Notes: generated from the sequence alone by a model not told the origin. Positions 1-13,520 are shown, counted from the first letter of the stretch. The stretch is DNA of 64,000 nt from Lama guanicoe (GCA_013239625.1 MU054187.1:23436795-23500794), one strand, 5' to 3'. Numbers and translations are program-made.

Positions 1-2341
1 GGGATAAGGAGAAGGCCAGAGTACCTGATGAGTTCAGGGACAGGTAACCAAGAAAGTTTAGTACCACTGAGAAATTAGATAATTCAGGATGAAGCAGGTG
101 TATTTTGATGGGAGAAAAAGAATGGTGATGAGTTTTGCAAGTTAGTAGTGTGACTGGGAAACTAAAGAAAAAGCCAGATTAATTTGTCCAGCAAGTGAGT
201 GGAAATTATGAATCTGGATTTCATGAGATATCACACTTAGAAAGCTAAAGCCATGCTTGTGAATAAGGGACCAGGATAGAATGTAGAATAAAGGAGATTA
301 AGAATATATAGGAGAACTTATGTAAACTCACAAGAATTAGTTTAAAAAATTAGATATGGTCAGGGAAGAAACCCTCTAAACTCTAATGTCTGGAAGCCAA
401 CATTTTACTGAGGGCTGTGACCTGGGTACCGCGTCAGGCTCTGGGTATGGAAGACGAATGAGAAATAAATAGGTCCTCCCCTCAAGGAGCTGTCTAGCAA
501 AGGAATTAATGGCAGAGGAAGTACTGGTATTAAACACCGTTAAGAAGCCAAGTAAGATAGAAAATTTAAAAGACCAGATAAAGTATTAAATATATCATCT
601 ACACAGAAGAAATAAGTCAAGTGGCGTGGTGAGCAGTGCCACCACGGTATCAGAAATAAGGAACTGTGAGTTAGGAAGATGTGAAAAAAGTGAATTATAA
701 ATTTTTCTTTCAAGGAATAGAGCAATTAAGGGGGAGAGAGAGGGAGCGAGAGAGAGAAGGCAGAGGAGAGGAGGTGGAGGAGAAGAAAGGGAGAACTAGT
801 GACACACTCATGGGGTAACTAACTTCAAAGGGTGACAGTGTGTCAAACTGGGTTGACGTTATGCCCATTCAGTACATTTTAGAAAAGAATTAAAATATGC
901 AAACATTATCGCTCACCTCAGTAAATGATATTCACGTTTCTAGAGTGTGCTAAGTGTGTTAATAGGTCCTCAGTGCCCCATCTGGATTTTCCTTTTTCCA
1001 TGATGTGTTATTTTGGTCCTTGATTGGAAGATCAAGGTAATTGTACATTTTAATGTTAAATGAGCAAATAATTCATACATATATTTTAAAAAACAATTCT
1101 ACTGGGTTATGTTTCTAGCTTTTTTTTTTCCTCAGATAATAAAAACAAGGGAGATTCATTCCTGGATTTAGCCTGATATTTATGTTACACATCCATAACA
1201 GCCTTAGAAAAATAAAGGTTATCCTTTGCTTAAAAGCCTTCTACAAGTAAAAATAAACTATAGTGTTAGTTGGCTCAAGCTTGTAGGTTTTTATATGCTG
1301 ACATGTTCCAAAAGTAAAACTCTCATCTGTGAATATTCCTTTAGACTTTTTGAGAAAGATCTCCAAATTTCCAGGGATTTCAAAGACTTAACACAAACAG
1401 TTCTCTGTCCCTCTAGTCTACTGTTTATTACTTCAGACAATTAAAGCCCTGTAATTGTCTGTTACTCTGTTTCAGAGATCCTCTGTTGTCTGTGGATTAA
1501 AATTTATACCTTTAATTTCTTGGTGCACAGATGCATCTTGATTTTTGCATAAGAGAACACATTTTACTTTATTCTCAATGTGCCTTCTTAATACTCCTGA
1601 AAATTCAGATGACTTTTTGGGTCTATTGATACATATTAGATGTGCTTTTTCAGGAAATACTTGTTCAGAACTTGATTACATGCAGCTACTTGATATTCTA
1701 AGAAAAAATAATTTATTAAAATATTAAATATGAAAATGCTTATCTTTACTCTTGTTTTCACTCTGTGAGTCAGTTCTCTATTCGTGGCCACACTTTACTA
1801 TAGTCCAATCATTAAAAGAAAAAGAAGGAGGAAAAAATCCTTCAATGGGGTTCTGCCAAAAAACTATTGATATCAAAATTAACTCCTTTGATTACATTTA
1901 CCTAGATAGTCATGATAAATGACTTTTAATCAATAAAATTAATTTCCAAAAAATTTTCCAAAAAGTAATTTTGGTTTTTGTCAAGTGGTGATGAAATCAA
2001 GTGGTAACGTATCTTATGTTCATTACTTGCCTGAAACCCATTTGAGGTGGTAACACTTCTGTTTCTGTCCTTGGTCACAGCCATATGCATCTAGTCCTTA
2101 GTTAATCAATTCTCCGGTTGACATGGCCAGTTAAATATATTTGCTATTTCAGGCAAATAGACAGGAGATTTGGCCTAGATTCCTTTAGAGTTTTCACTTT
2201 CTGTTTCATATCAATTAGGAAGACAGAGACAGTAAAAGCTATCTGCTCCTGTAGATCACAGCCAACTATCCATCATATATGTATGTATATCATTCATCGA
2301 GGAAAAGCACAATGTCTATGAACCATTTCTCTGTTCTCTTA

Positions 2342-2347
2342 TTTATT
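2342..2347 (-). terminator. MMP16: Distal polyadenylation signal AATAAA
   Basis: The minus strand reads AATAAA, then a CA about 21 nt later (2320-2319), then GU/U-rich sequence (ATTGTGCTTTTCC). Confidence 0.7.
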
Positions 2348-3846
2348 GACAGTTTTTTTTAATTACAACACAATGGATTGATGGTAAATACAGAAGATGG
2401 CAAAAGTATAAAAAGCCATTTAACCCTTCCCTAGGTTAAGACACTTACAGCAGACAAAAACTGCCCCACCCAAAAATCCCCTCCTTGAATGGAAACAAAA
2501 TAAATATAAACTAATAAATACAAAACAAATCACTGCACAGCCCTTAACGCTATGATTGCCGTGGCAAGAACCATGCTGATGATTCTAGCTTGTGACATTT
2601 TTGTGGTTAAAGGTTGCCGCAGCAGTCAAAGGGTTATAGCATTGTAAACATAAGTACTTGGTGGAAAAGTCTAGTCATGTTAATGGTCTACAGCAATGAG
2701 ATTAATATCGTGACCCCTCGACCTTTAATGACGCAACATTATAAGGAATTAAAGAGCTAGTAGCTTGGTGAGCTGTTACATAGACTAGTCAACCATCGTA
2801 TTTAACATGTGCTATGAGGCCTTGATTCACTGATAAAAGACAACTGGTGAATAATAAACACTATTCAATGCATTGATCAATAAATCAATGAAAAAATTAA
2901 TTTAAGCACCACAAAAGTTTGCCTGATTATATCTGACAGTCATAATACACTTTAGCACCATTTATGTAGCCTTATATTTGCACACAAACAAGCATTGTGT
3001 TTGTCAGTAGAAGCTATCTGAAAAAAATATATATATAGATATGCCAGATTTAAGATGGTATAAATGTGTAGAACCCTGTGTGGGCAAAAAAAAAAAAAAC
3101 CCACTAACAACTTGCAAACCTTAAAACTCATTCAGCAAATAAATGTGTTATTTGTTTCTTTCCTTGCACACAGAAGACTCCATGTTATCAAACACTTAAT
3201 GAAACAGCGTTGAGTGTAATGTGAGCAATCCAGACATTTCAAGTTAAGATTTTAATACTCTCTCCATAACCAAAAACATCATGGGGAATTAATAAAAGTA
3301 TTGTCAAAAACCAAAAGATAACGGCCTAAATATTTAATTTCCTAGTGTTTCTCTCTGCTTCACAATTTAATGTTATTTAAATAAAGTCTGCATTAAATTC
3401 CTTCAATTTCCCATAACTGCAATATAGAAAAAGATGATTTTTATAAGAAGCTATAAAATGTGTATTCTTCACCCAAGAGATAACTTTCCTTTGCAATTGC
3501 TTGCATCTAATTCTGTGCCACTTTTTAAAATATATATGGCATTTATTTGACCAACTAAATTTATGGGAGCTTACGTCCCTTAATCTATCTAGTAAATATA
3601 TGTATATATTTACTAAATATACTATATATTTCCAAATCTATATTACCAGATAGCTCATATGGATGGCATAAATTGCATTCATTATCATATCGATCCACTA
3701 TTAGAATCAAGATAATGTTAATATAGGTTACAAGTTTTAAAACATCTTGAAGATATGTTTCTATACTGACAAAGCAGGCAATTCTATGTCAATAGTTGAT
3801 TCTTTTAAAAACCATCAATAGACTATGGACTAATTAGATTTTATGT

Positions 3847-3879
3847 TTTATTAAAAAATTAAGTTTATTAAAAGTTACA
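3847..3879 (-). terminator. MMP16: Candidate alternative poly(A) site (tandem AATAAA with upstream TGTA)
   Basis: Minus strand: TGTA (3879-3876), AATAAA (3869-3864), AATAAA (3852-3847). Confidence 0.45.
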
Positions 3880-6428
3880 TAAGCACAAAATTGAACTAGT
3901 AAACGCCATTTACTTCCCTCCTATAATATAAAAACAAACTATATTGGTTTAAAATTATGTACCTAAACAAAAAAAAAATCTTTCAAGACTTCTAAGCCTG
4001 AAGCAAATTTTTATGGGTGAATCTCTAAAACCCCTGAAAATAGAGGTTCACAATGGAAACGCTGATGCAGTCAAAATCAATGCAGCAAAAAGCTGCCACT
4101 ATAATACCCCCAATTCTCTCATTCTCACTCTTTTGAACATATATGTAATTTACACATAAAGGGAAATAGACCGAAGAACTGAGGTTTTAGGCTTTTATGC
4201 ACCCGTGATGTGCCTTAAATGGAACACTGTATTCTGGTATCTACTTTCCTATGTAATTACTCAAGATACATTCACCGAAAGCAAACTCCCTTAGCTGTCT
4301 TATCAACAGACAACTGCCTTCACCCTCAGCATTTCACTTTTCTCAGGGGAATAGCTCCAGCAAAGTTAGAATCCAACGCAAGAGATTGGGAGGTCTGTGA
4401 AATTTACAGGGCCAAAGTCTGTGCAAGAAACTTGCGAAGGAAAAATAAACAGACAAACAAAAAAAACCAGATGTTGTTCAATTCTGGTTCACACAAAAGG
4501 AAAGGAAAATCAATTCTGTTTGAAAAAAAAGAGAGAGAGAGGGCAAGGTAGAAATATACAGAAATCTACAGGAAAGCAAATATAAGCACGGACTGCATGA
4601 AAGAACACAAAATAATACACCCCTCCCAACCACCTGCAGTTTGGGGTGACAAACAGAAAGCAAACAAATAATTTCAGAACTTGAGGGATAGAAAAAACAC
4701 AAAAAACAAACAGAAAAACAGGCACACACATGCTCGTTTGGAAATCATGTTTGTTTGGAAGTAACTAAATTGTGAAATGTTCTATTTTTTAATATATAAA
4801 GGAATAATGGACTCCATGTCAGAGACAAAAGGAGTAAGTGACAGAAAGAACTAAAAACCTAGTTTTACCCAGGCAATGTTACATACTGAAGAGCTGTGAG
4901 AAGAAGACAGCTAATAACGTGGCCTCTGGGGCGTTATTTCGGTGGTAGCAAAAACTGTGACATTGATTTAAGGACTGAATCCGTCATTCAAGGAAAGTAT
5001 GTTTTGCCTTTGCAACGGGGTTGTCGATGTAGAGAGAGGGGACAAGTTCTAACTGGCATTACATACGAGCAAATGAACCATGCATTCTGGTGACCTTTCA
5101 GATGGACAGCTCATACCAAGCTTTATTCATCTACATCTCGGCAAGACAGGCCAATGTAGAAACATACATTCGTATAAAAGGTGGCAAGTTACAAGCAGGA
5201 CCAGATCCTGTCCTAGGAAGCAGCTTCCTGCTGTGCAGTCACTTCTCACCGAAGCGTCACCATCTATGAGGCATGTATAGAAAAGGCCTGTGTCAAAGAG
5301 TATTTAATCTGGGAGCCAACCTAGCTACAGACCAAGTGCGACAGAAATGTCTGGGTTGTGAGTGACATCTGTTCACAGATAAAAAACAAGTGGGTGAGAT
5401 ATGCAAGAAACATCTCTAAGTCAAAAAGTTAGTCATTTTTTGCATGTTTACTAGTCTCTCCTGGTTTTTCTATACGAAATAAGGGTGAATGACCTCTTGC
5501 TCTGAAGCTCAGTGGCCTAACATGACATGATTATCATATTTTCATATTTATATTTAATTGATTTTCTTCTCCCTTCTTAAAGGGCATTATAAACAGCTCT
5601 GTAGCAGAGCATGTGGCAAAGTGATGCGAATCAGCACAACGTTCCAGTTTGACGTCTTTGTCCTGCTCTGTCCAGTGGGCTATGGAAAGTAAGGACTTGA
5701 GTGCAAACTTGAACGTTATTCCCCGTCCAATGTTAGGAAGATGCCTTTTAAGACACGCTGCTCCTTAAAGAGAAAAGGCATAGAATTTTCAGAAATCTTC
5801 AGAACTAGCTTCCACACATAACTTTTTATACTTATTATGCGCTGGCCATGAATTACTGGTTATGTCCTCATTTTCCTTAAAGAGCTTTAGTTACAAGTAC
5901 CTGTGACGTGCTGAACTACAGCACTCAGGATCTTATACCCTTACTTAGCATAAAGAATTCGCATTGGTGTAAAACATGATGCATGTTATCCAGTTATAAG
6001 CTCACAACTGTGTTTAAAAATTGAAGGCTGACGCCTCAGTATTCTACCAGAAAACTGACAGAAATTTTACAATTCACATCTGCTTTTCACTCAATTTCTG
6101 TGCGTTTGTCAGATCAGTGTTCATTCTTAGGCTTTATATACTATTGGTTTAAATGTCAAAGTAGATACATGTATGAAATGTTGAAAGAGATATTTGCAAT
6201 CAGATGTTATTAATCTTACTTGAACTATATCATAATCATTTCAAAAATTACACCAAAGGAAACAAGTGAAAAATGATTTGAGTAGTAATCGAAGGCAAAG
6301 GTTATGACCAGATGAGACCAGAACGCTAAGGCAACTTCTTTGCTATTCTGCCAAGTGTTTTGTGTTATATGATTATTGAGGTAAATTTCTATCCTAGGGA
6401 AATGGCTTTTCTCAGGAGATTCTAACAT

Positions 6429-6499
6429 TATATATATACAACATATATATATAAACTGTTATATATATATCATATATATATGTATACATATATATATAT
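6429..6499. repeat. Interrupted (TA)n microsatellite in 3'UTR
   Basis: Directly visible. Confidence 0.9.
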
Positions 6500-9400
6500 C
6501 TTTCCAGTCGAGGTTACTGAGCATCTAACTTCGACACTTTCAGCCTAGAAGGCAGTGCATGAATATCAGATGTGTTTACGCAGGGTAACAGCTAACGACC
6601 ACTAATTATATACAATGATGCATCACATACTCATCACTAGCGTGAAGAGTTTGAAGTTGAATTTTTTCTACAATTTTCATACTTGCTAAAGGAAAATGTC
6701 CAGTTGTATTAAGGAATGCTATAGTATATTTTTATATTTTACAAAAGACTCATTTTTCCTTTTCCTTCATTTCCATAACAAGAAATACAACATTTAGTTT
6801 TCCTCTTTATGGTGTGGTGCTATGCCTGCTGCTGCATTCTTTATTATTTGAAGTTTTAATTTTTAAATACGACTTTTATGGTGTCATTATGGTACCCTAC
6901 TAGGCAACACAGAATCTATAACATAGATACACATGCCCTGGCAGTTATAACCTGCAGTCACAATAAATCAGCCAGGAACGTACATGAGATGCAACAGAAT
7001 GGTTAGATTCTCTAGTATTATGGACATGAAATCTTTTGTGATAGCATAAGACTGTACGCACAGCTATTTGTAATAGCTCATCTGAATTTAACATTTTTGG
7101 TTTAGATGCACCTTCTGGTTGACATCTGTGACATTTCAGAATGCGTTCTTGAGAGCATCAAAAATGAAATGAACTCTCTGCTCTACTTGCTGGAAAAGAT
7201 TTTACCACCATCCACAAGGCTGTTTCGGTTTCTGCTACAATCTCACAGACTCAGTGCTGTCAGTCCATCACTGCCTTTATTAGTTCCTGGAAAGAATTCC
7301 AAAACTTAAAAGAACAAAAATTTTTTTCATGACTCTTGTGTTAATTCAGTCTGTTTGATCATAACATCTATTCCTTTTCAGGTAGCACATTGAGTTTAGT
7401 CAATCTGGACACATTGGTTATTCTGCTGTAAGAGCCACAAAGGGTGGGTGTGCATTTGCAGCATCCTAGAGATACCAGCCTAAGACATAGCACTTGGAAG
7501 TATTATATTACAATCCCTAGGATCCAGGATATATGCTTCATCCGTGTAGTGGAACTACCAGTGAAACTGGGCAGTGTTCTTGTCTGCCACATTGTGTTTC
7601 TTTAATTACCCACAGAAAGTGAATGAAAACAAGTATATAGTATATGAAACAGACAAATTATGTGTCAATAGGAAACGATTACAAGCAACCTGAATAGTAA
7701 AAGTAACATTTGCTTGTTTTAGTAAATCAGTCTCTATCCTTTATTACTTAGTAATTATTTTTGTAAATTATTACTTGGTAATTTATTAGATCTGACTCAG
7801 AAAAGCCTTGCCCTCTGATTTATAACAGAAGTTTTCTTTGCTAGGATCATATAATGTTTCTTTAATTTATCCGTGTTACCTTTGCAGTTGTAAAGAGCAT
7901 CTGTATTTAACCTGTTTCAAATGTCATGTTGCAGACACTTTGTTCTGAAACAGGTCAATGGTTAAGTTCACAACCTCCTCTACCGGCCTAATGTGGATTT
8001 ATAGAGAATACAGACTGATGGGCTATTTTAATACTTCATTCAGTCTAGTTAATAATATATAGAACAATAATATTTGGCTAAAATTATAAACTATATAGTT
8101 AATTTATGTTAAAAACATTCCCTTGTTTACATTTGGGTGTATATTAAAGTAATGAGAAATAATGAAACACAAGAAGAATTATTTTTTGTGATTGTGAATG
8201 TGTTTTCATTTCAACTTCTGAAACTCTAGGTCTGAACTTTCCATGCTGTCAGTGATGGGATGATGAAAAATATTTGATAGGTTGTGTGATATTAATACTG
8301 AACTGGTGCATTATATTATTTTATTTATTATTCACATTGTTTTTGAATCACTATTCTTATGCGCCAGGCCAGTTAGTCACTCTCCCTTTCACTATTCCAT
8401 TACGATTGACATATTTTCCCCCAATTCCAAGTGGAAGAAAAGTCAGCAACCATACTTACAAAGTGCCTGGTGTACAATATGCAAATAGAATCCCAATATT
8501 TGTACTTAATGTCTTCTTACCTTGCAGTCTCACAACCTGAAATTTTAGATGTTCTAGTAAAGAGAGAAGCCATACACATGTCTTTTCTTACCACATAAAT
8601 CTCATTTCATATTCAAGTAAATATAGCCCAACCCTCATCCATGACCCTTTCAGAGTTCAAGCATAATGACAGAGTCTTTCCTTTCGTAATGCATATGGTT
8701 ATTTCCTAGCCCTTATATACCCATAGTCTTATGATGAATCAGGATATTGTGACAAATGAGTTAAGAGGCAAAAGATTGCTTCTTTAGTTTCTTTCTCATT
8801 TTAGAGGGAAAAAAAAATCAATTTTCAATGCAGGTGGATAGAATTCCACCATGATTTGCACGTGTCCCCAAAAAGGCATATATCCTCATTTCAATATTTA
8901 GCAGAATACGATTACCAGTCATTTCCCACCCCCCTTGGCATCAAGGTCCCAAAAAGATTAAAACTTCCCACAAGCAAACATTGTTTAAATGATCTTAATT
9001 ATATGGTCCTCCATGCTCAGTAGAAGTGACTAACTCTTTATAACACTAGCATCGTCTCGAATGGAAGCACTGAAGTAAAGCTACAGGGCTGATCCTGGTC
9101 CTCACCCCTTGCTTTCTTGGCCCTCACATACATCGTCTCCATCATCCTGTCAAAATACAGTCTGCATTGCGTAACGGTTTGTTGTAAAGTCATTCCTGTT
9201 TTTCACCTGTTCGTTCTTAGCCTTCCATTATATATGTTCTGGTTATAAGAAATAACAACCTGAAAGGCTTTGCAACATGCCATCCATCATTACAAAATAT
9301 TGTCCCCAACCAAATCATAAACATGTAGTTTTACCGAAAGGCATTCTAATTTTCATGCTTTGTTGAGTATAAATACAAATTCAAGGCAGCCAGACTATCC

Positions 9401-10283
9401 ATTTCCAAATAAGAATGTACACCTACACTCATTAAAAATCATCTGGAAATGTGTATTATTAGCAAACGAGTAAGAAATTTTCACTAGTATAAAATTCCAG
9501 CTTTATATAAAAGCCACACTGGCCATTCAAGTATTTTGAGGTTTTCTTTTTTTTCCCCCTATGGTTTTATATTTGTACTAAAATGATGAATTTAGACTTG
9601 AAATTATATTAAAGGGGAATTAAAAGTCAGTTCTAACAAGAGGGCATTTTTAAAGTGTGCATGAAAAGAGCGAAGTGTTCATCTGAGGATCCACCAACAC
9701 CACCATTCCCCCTCCACTCTAAGGAAACAGCTCATGCTGACTAGGTTTTCAGAGAACAATTAACATTCCAATGGAGAAGCAACACCAGATTTCCTTCAGT
9801 TTGTGCCAGTTTGCAAGTTAAAGGTCAAAGGGCAAAGACACAGAACAGGACTCTTCAAGGAAAATTTTCACAGAAGACAATATTTAAGTTGTTGTTAATG
9901 ACAGTCAACAGATCAATAATCAAGTTCAAGGCAAGCTGTTCATTGTTTCAAAAGCTAATCCCCTCAAAAGCTGGCTTTCACACAAAGCCAATGTCTGACT
10001 CATGGGGTGCATTCGTCCTGACCATCTCTAATAAGTTCACAGCCCAGTGGCTGCAAAGCCTTTCACTGCAAGAAGCAGCTCCTAAAAGCCAATAAAGAGG
10101 TCTGTCAGTTGCTGACTTTTCTCTAGGAAAAAAATATTGATCCAAACCTGCTTTGCAGGTCACATGAAAATGACAATACTGCTGTTAGGACAAATCACAC
10201 TCAACAACGAAATGCTTTGGTGGTCTCTCGGCTCTGTCAGTGATCAAATGGATGGCTAAGTGCCAGAAGCCACACTAACCCTT

Positions 10284-10291
10284 TGAGAACT
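10284..10291 (-). promoter_or_regulatory. miR-146a/b 8mer seed site in 3'UTR
   Basis: mRNA reads AGTTCTCA (plus strand TGAGAACT). A second 7mer-A1 site lies at 11049-11055. miR-146 regulation of MMP16 has been reported in human cells. Confidence 0.6.
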
Positions 10292-11758
10292 ATGGTTGAC
10301 ATGCAGTAATAGCTCATACACTGGAAGACACTCATGCAACCTCAGAGTCATCATTGGAATTCATTTTCTTAAGATGGCAGTGCTAACTGCATGTACCATG
10401 GCGGACTGAATGTTCATGCAATGGATTTTAAAACAGAAATTCAATGTCTCCAACAACAACAACAACAACGAAAAGGACAGGCTGTTATCATCAGTTGTTC
10501 AAAGAAAATTTCACTCTTACAAGATATTTAATAAAATACCTTTTTATTTGCCAGAAAATTTTTGGCAAGTAACATCATTTCTGTTTGTTATAAATGCATT
10601 TATGTCGTCCTGTAAATCACTTAAAAAGTACACGGGGTTATGGGACATCTGTTTTAAAAACCTGGACTTCTTGGACCTGTGTCTGATTTCACCAGTGCCC
10701 AGTTCTGTAATTTACCAGATTAGCAAGACTGAGGAGCCTAAGACTCTGAAAGCTGGTTGATAGTTCTCAAAGGGTTACACCAATGTATTACTAGTGCCAC
10801 ATATCCTGATAAAGTAACTGTCACTTTAAACCACTTTCAAGACACACTGCTTCTTGCTCCACTTGTAACGGGTATCCCTGACAGACCCAGGGAGGGCCTG
10901 GGGCGATGGCCTAATGCGATCTGGGGCGTCATCACAATGATGCAGGGGAAAGTGGCCAGAAGGGGTTTAGAAACACTTCAAAACAATTCAAAGGTCCTGC
11001 CTGAATACGGCTGTGAATATAAATGTGATGAAACATTCAGGACATAGCTGAGAACCAGCTGTATAAAACGAAAATTTGATGTGTTATTAAGGCTGTTACT
11101 ATATTGCAGATATTTTGGCCCCTTGTTGGTTGGAAATGGCTGTGCCAACAGTCTGAAGTCCTACATGTGTATTCCAGGTCTCCCACCTGACAGAAGCGAA
11201 GCATAGGAGGCCATCCATAGCCGTCAGAGAGCTATCTTCTTTGGAGACAAAGCTGTTTTGGGTCTTCACACTTTCCTGAAAGTTCAATTGTGGGTGTTTT
11301 GTTTAACCTCTTTTTTTTTTTAATTTTCTTTGCTTTAAAGCAAAAATTCGTGGGTTTTTCCATTTTGTTTTTTCCCCTCAGAAATGGGCTCAGACTTCAG
11401 AAAAAAAAAAAAAGAACATAGTATTAGAAACCTTTAAGAAGAACCTTGTCTTCTTTTTCCTCTTCTTTAGTTAATCCTGACATTTACTGGGCATTGAGCG
11501 TGCAGAGGAAAGGCCTAGAACTGAATGACAAGGAAAGACAAAGGACTGAGGGACAGCAGACTGTGCATCATGGAAGCTTCCCACGAGTGCATTTCCACTC
11601 ATGTGCAGGACCAGCGACCCTCTGGCTTTGAAAGGGCGGCCCCAGAGCAGGCTGCCCCAAGCCTGCTCCTAGCTAGGAAACGGCATAACAGCTCTTGTCT
11701 TGAATCTCAAGTTACCACAAACTCCTGGAAAAGAAAGAAAGGGAAGGAAAGCCCTGCA

Positions 11759-12093
11759 TCACACCCACTCTTGCATAGAGCGTTTACAGTACAGTATGTG
11801 GCGGGGCGTTCCTTTCCTCTTGAACTGGAACACAGTGTAAACCAAGACCAGGAGGCATAAGGCCAGGATGCAGGGGATGACAATGGCTATGGCTTTCACA
11901 GTGCTGGCTGTGTTGTCCAGTTTGATGACAATGTCTACATCATCTGGCGGGCTGTGTCCTTCCTTGTCTCTGTCTGTTGGTCCATCACAGCCCATAAAAT
12001 CCTTGAGGATGGATCTGGGGTATCCAGGCTCTACCTTGAGTATCTGGTTGTTGAATTTCCAATACTCCTTTCCTTTGTAGAAATACGTGAAGC
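11759..12093 (-). CDS. MMP16: MMP16 terminal exon, coding part: last hemopexin blade, stalk, transmembrane helix, cytoplasmic tail
   Basis: (G)FTYFYKGKEYWKFNNQ...DFMGC...AIAIVIPCILALCLLVLVYTVF-QFKRKGTPRHILYCKRSMQEWV*. Acceptor ctctcag|GC; TGA at 11759-11761. The C-terminus is diagnostic of MT3-MMP. Confidence 0.99.
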
Positions 12094-12108
12094 CTGAGAG
12101 GGGAGGAA

Positions 12109-12125
12109 ACACACACACACACACA
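12109..12125. repeat. (AC)8 microsatellite next to the last-exon acceptor
   Basis: Directly visible; reads (TG)8 on the gene strand. Confidence 0.95.
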
Positions 12126-13369
12126 TAGGAACCACTTATTTGTGCAAGTGTATACGTAGCAAAATTTAAGGAAAGAGGCTACTTAAAAGATATAATTTCA
12201 GGTCACTCAGTTTTTGGAGGAAGAAAAACACTCTTTCCAGCTCAGCTGCCTGTTGTCATGGATCTGACTGCTGGGCTCCAGGAACCGTGCCCTCAAATGC
12301 CTAGGAAAGCTCAGCCCAGAGAGGGAAATGTGATTTGCACACGGTTGTTGAAAGACCATGCTGGACACCTCTGCCCCTCTAGACTGCAAACAGAACTTTA
12401 TCTTATCGCTTGCTTATAGGATTGCTGGCACAGAATTTATACATTAGTGTGAGAATATCACCTTATATTGAGAGATGCTGCAATGGCAGCCCTGTTTGCC
12501 CTTAGATGGCCACCAAGGAAACCCCATGATATGTAATAAGGTGGCTTCTTCATGGAACCCCTCAAGGGAAACTTCTAATCATCTTAGTATCAGGAATTGT
12601 ATCCTTCCCAAAAAACACGTTTGCTTTTCCCATTTGGAACAGAAATCATCAGACGTCATAAATCATGACACTAGAGATGATTTCCTTTGTCTTCTAGGAA
12701 TTTTAATAGGTAAACAGGAATTTTGCTGATTTTGTGCTGTTTTCATACTCAGCTCTGGCTCATGTCCTCACTCTTCAACTTTCTGGTTTACTCAGCTTAT
12801 GGTAAATTTTTATCACCTAGTCATATTTTATAGAACTTCTAAAGCCACTATCAATTCTTTCACAGTAAAGGATTAATAACATAAATAAGTCTATAATTCT
12901 GTCTTAATATCTCCAACGAACATATATTCCATGGGGGAGGAGTTAGTATATGGAAGGCTCAAATGGCCAGCAACACATACAGTTTATGTCCCACAACATT
13001 ATGGATGCAGATAATAACTTTGCAACGTTATGATAATTAAACTACAAATAAGTGTGTTTTTCATAGGACTATTCTCTAAATTTATGTCTCTTTGGTTGGG
13101 TACAAATTCAGTTTTTTTCTTTCTGTCTACAGCTCCTTCATTCATGTCAAGTTTCTTTGTGATTTCATTTTAATTCTTGCTTTCAGATAAAATTCAAGAA
13201 ACTAAGGAGAAAGGTGGTACTGTTATAATCACTTAAAAACTATATTTAGGAGCTATCAAATTTTGAATAGTATGCCTACTTTTGAGTTAATAATCATTAA
13301 TGAGGTTCCCCCCCTATATTAGTGATCCTTATTATGAAAGAATCATGGTGTTAAAATCTTAGTAAATTA

Positions 13370-13520
13370 CATCTTTTAATCCTCATAAACACTCTGTCAG
13401 GTAGAATTCTACCTGTACTTTTCAGGCAGGGATACTGAGGCGCAGAGATAAAATGACAAGCCCCAGTCCTGGCGAAGGCAGGATTTAAATTTTGGTCTAG
13501 CTTTAGAGCTTAGTGATTTT
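13370..13520 (-). mobile_element. MIR SINE fragment
   Basis: tttaatcctcataaacactct...gatactgaggcgcagaga core. Confidence 0.7.

Larger units (their letters stand above)
2319..11758 (-). other. MMP16: MMP16 long 3'UTR (about 9.4 kb)
   Basis: AT-rich stretch downstream of the stop with no obvious interspersed repeats, ending at a well-formed poly(A) site. The length agrees with my recollection of a very long human MMP16 3'UTR. Confidence 0.75.

Noticed and set aside
11446..12080. Plus-strand ORFs overlapping the last MMP16 exon
   Set aside because: Antisense shadows of the coding exon and UTR; no recognisable protein features.
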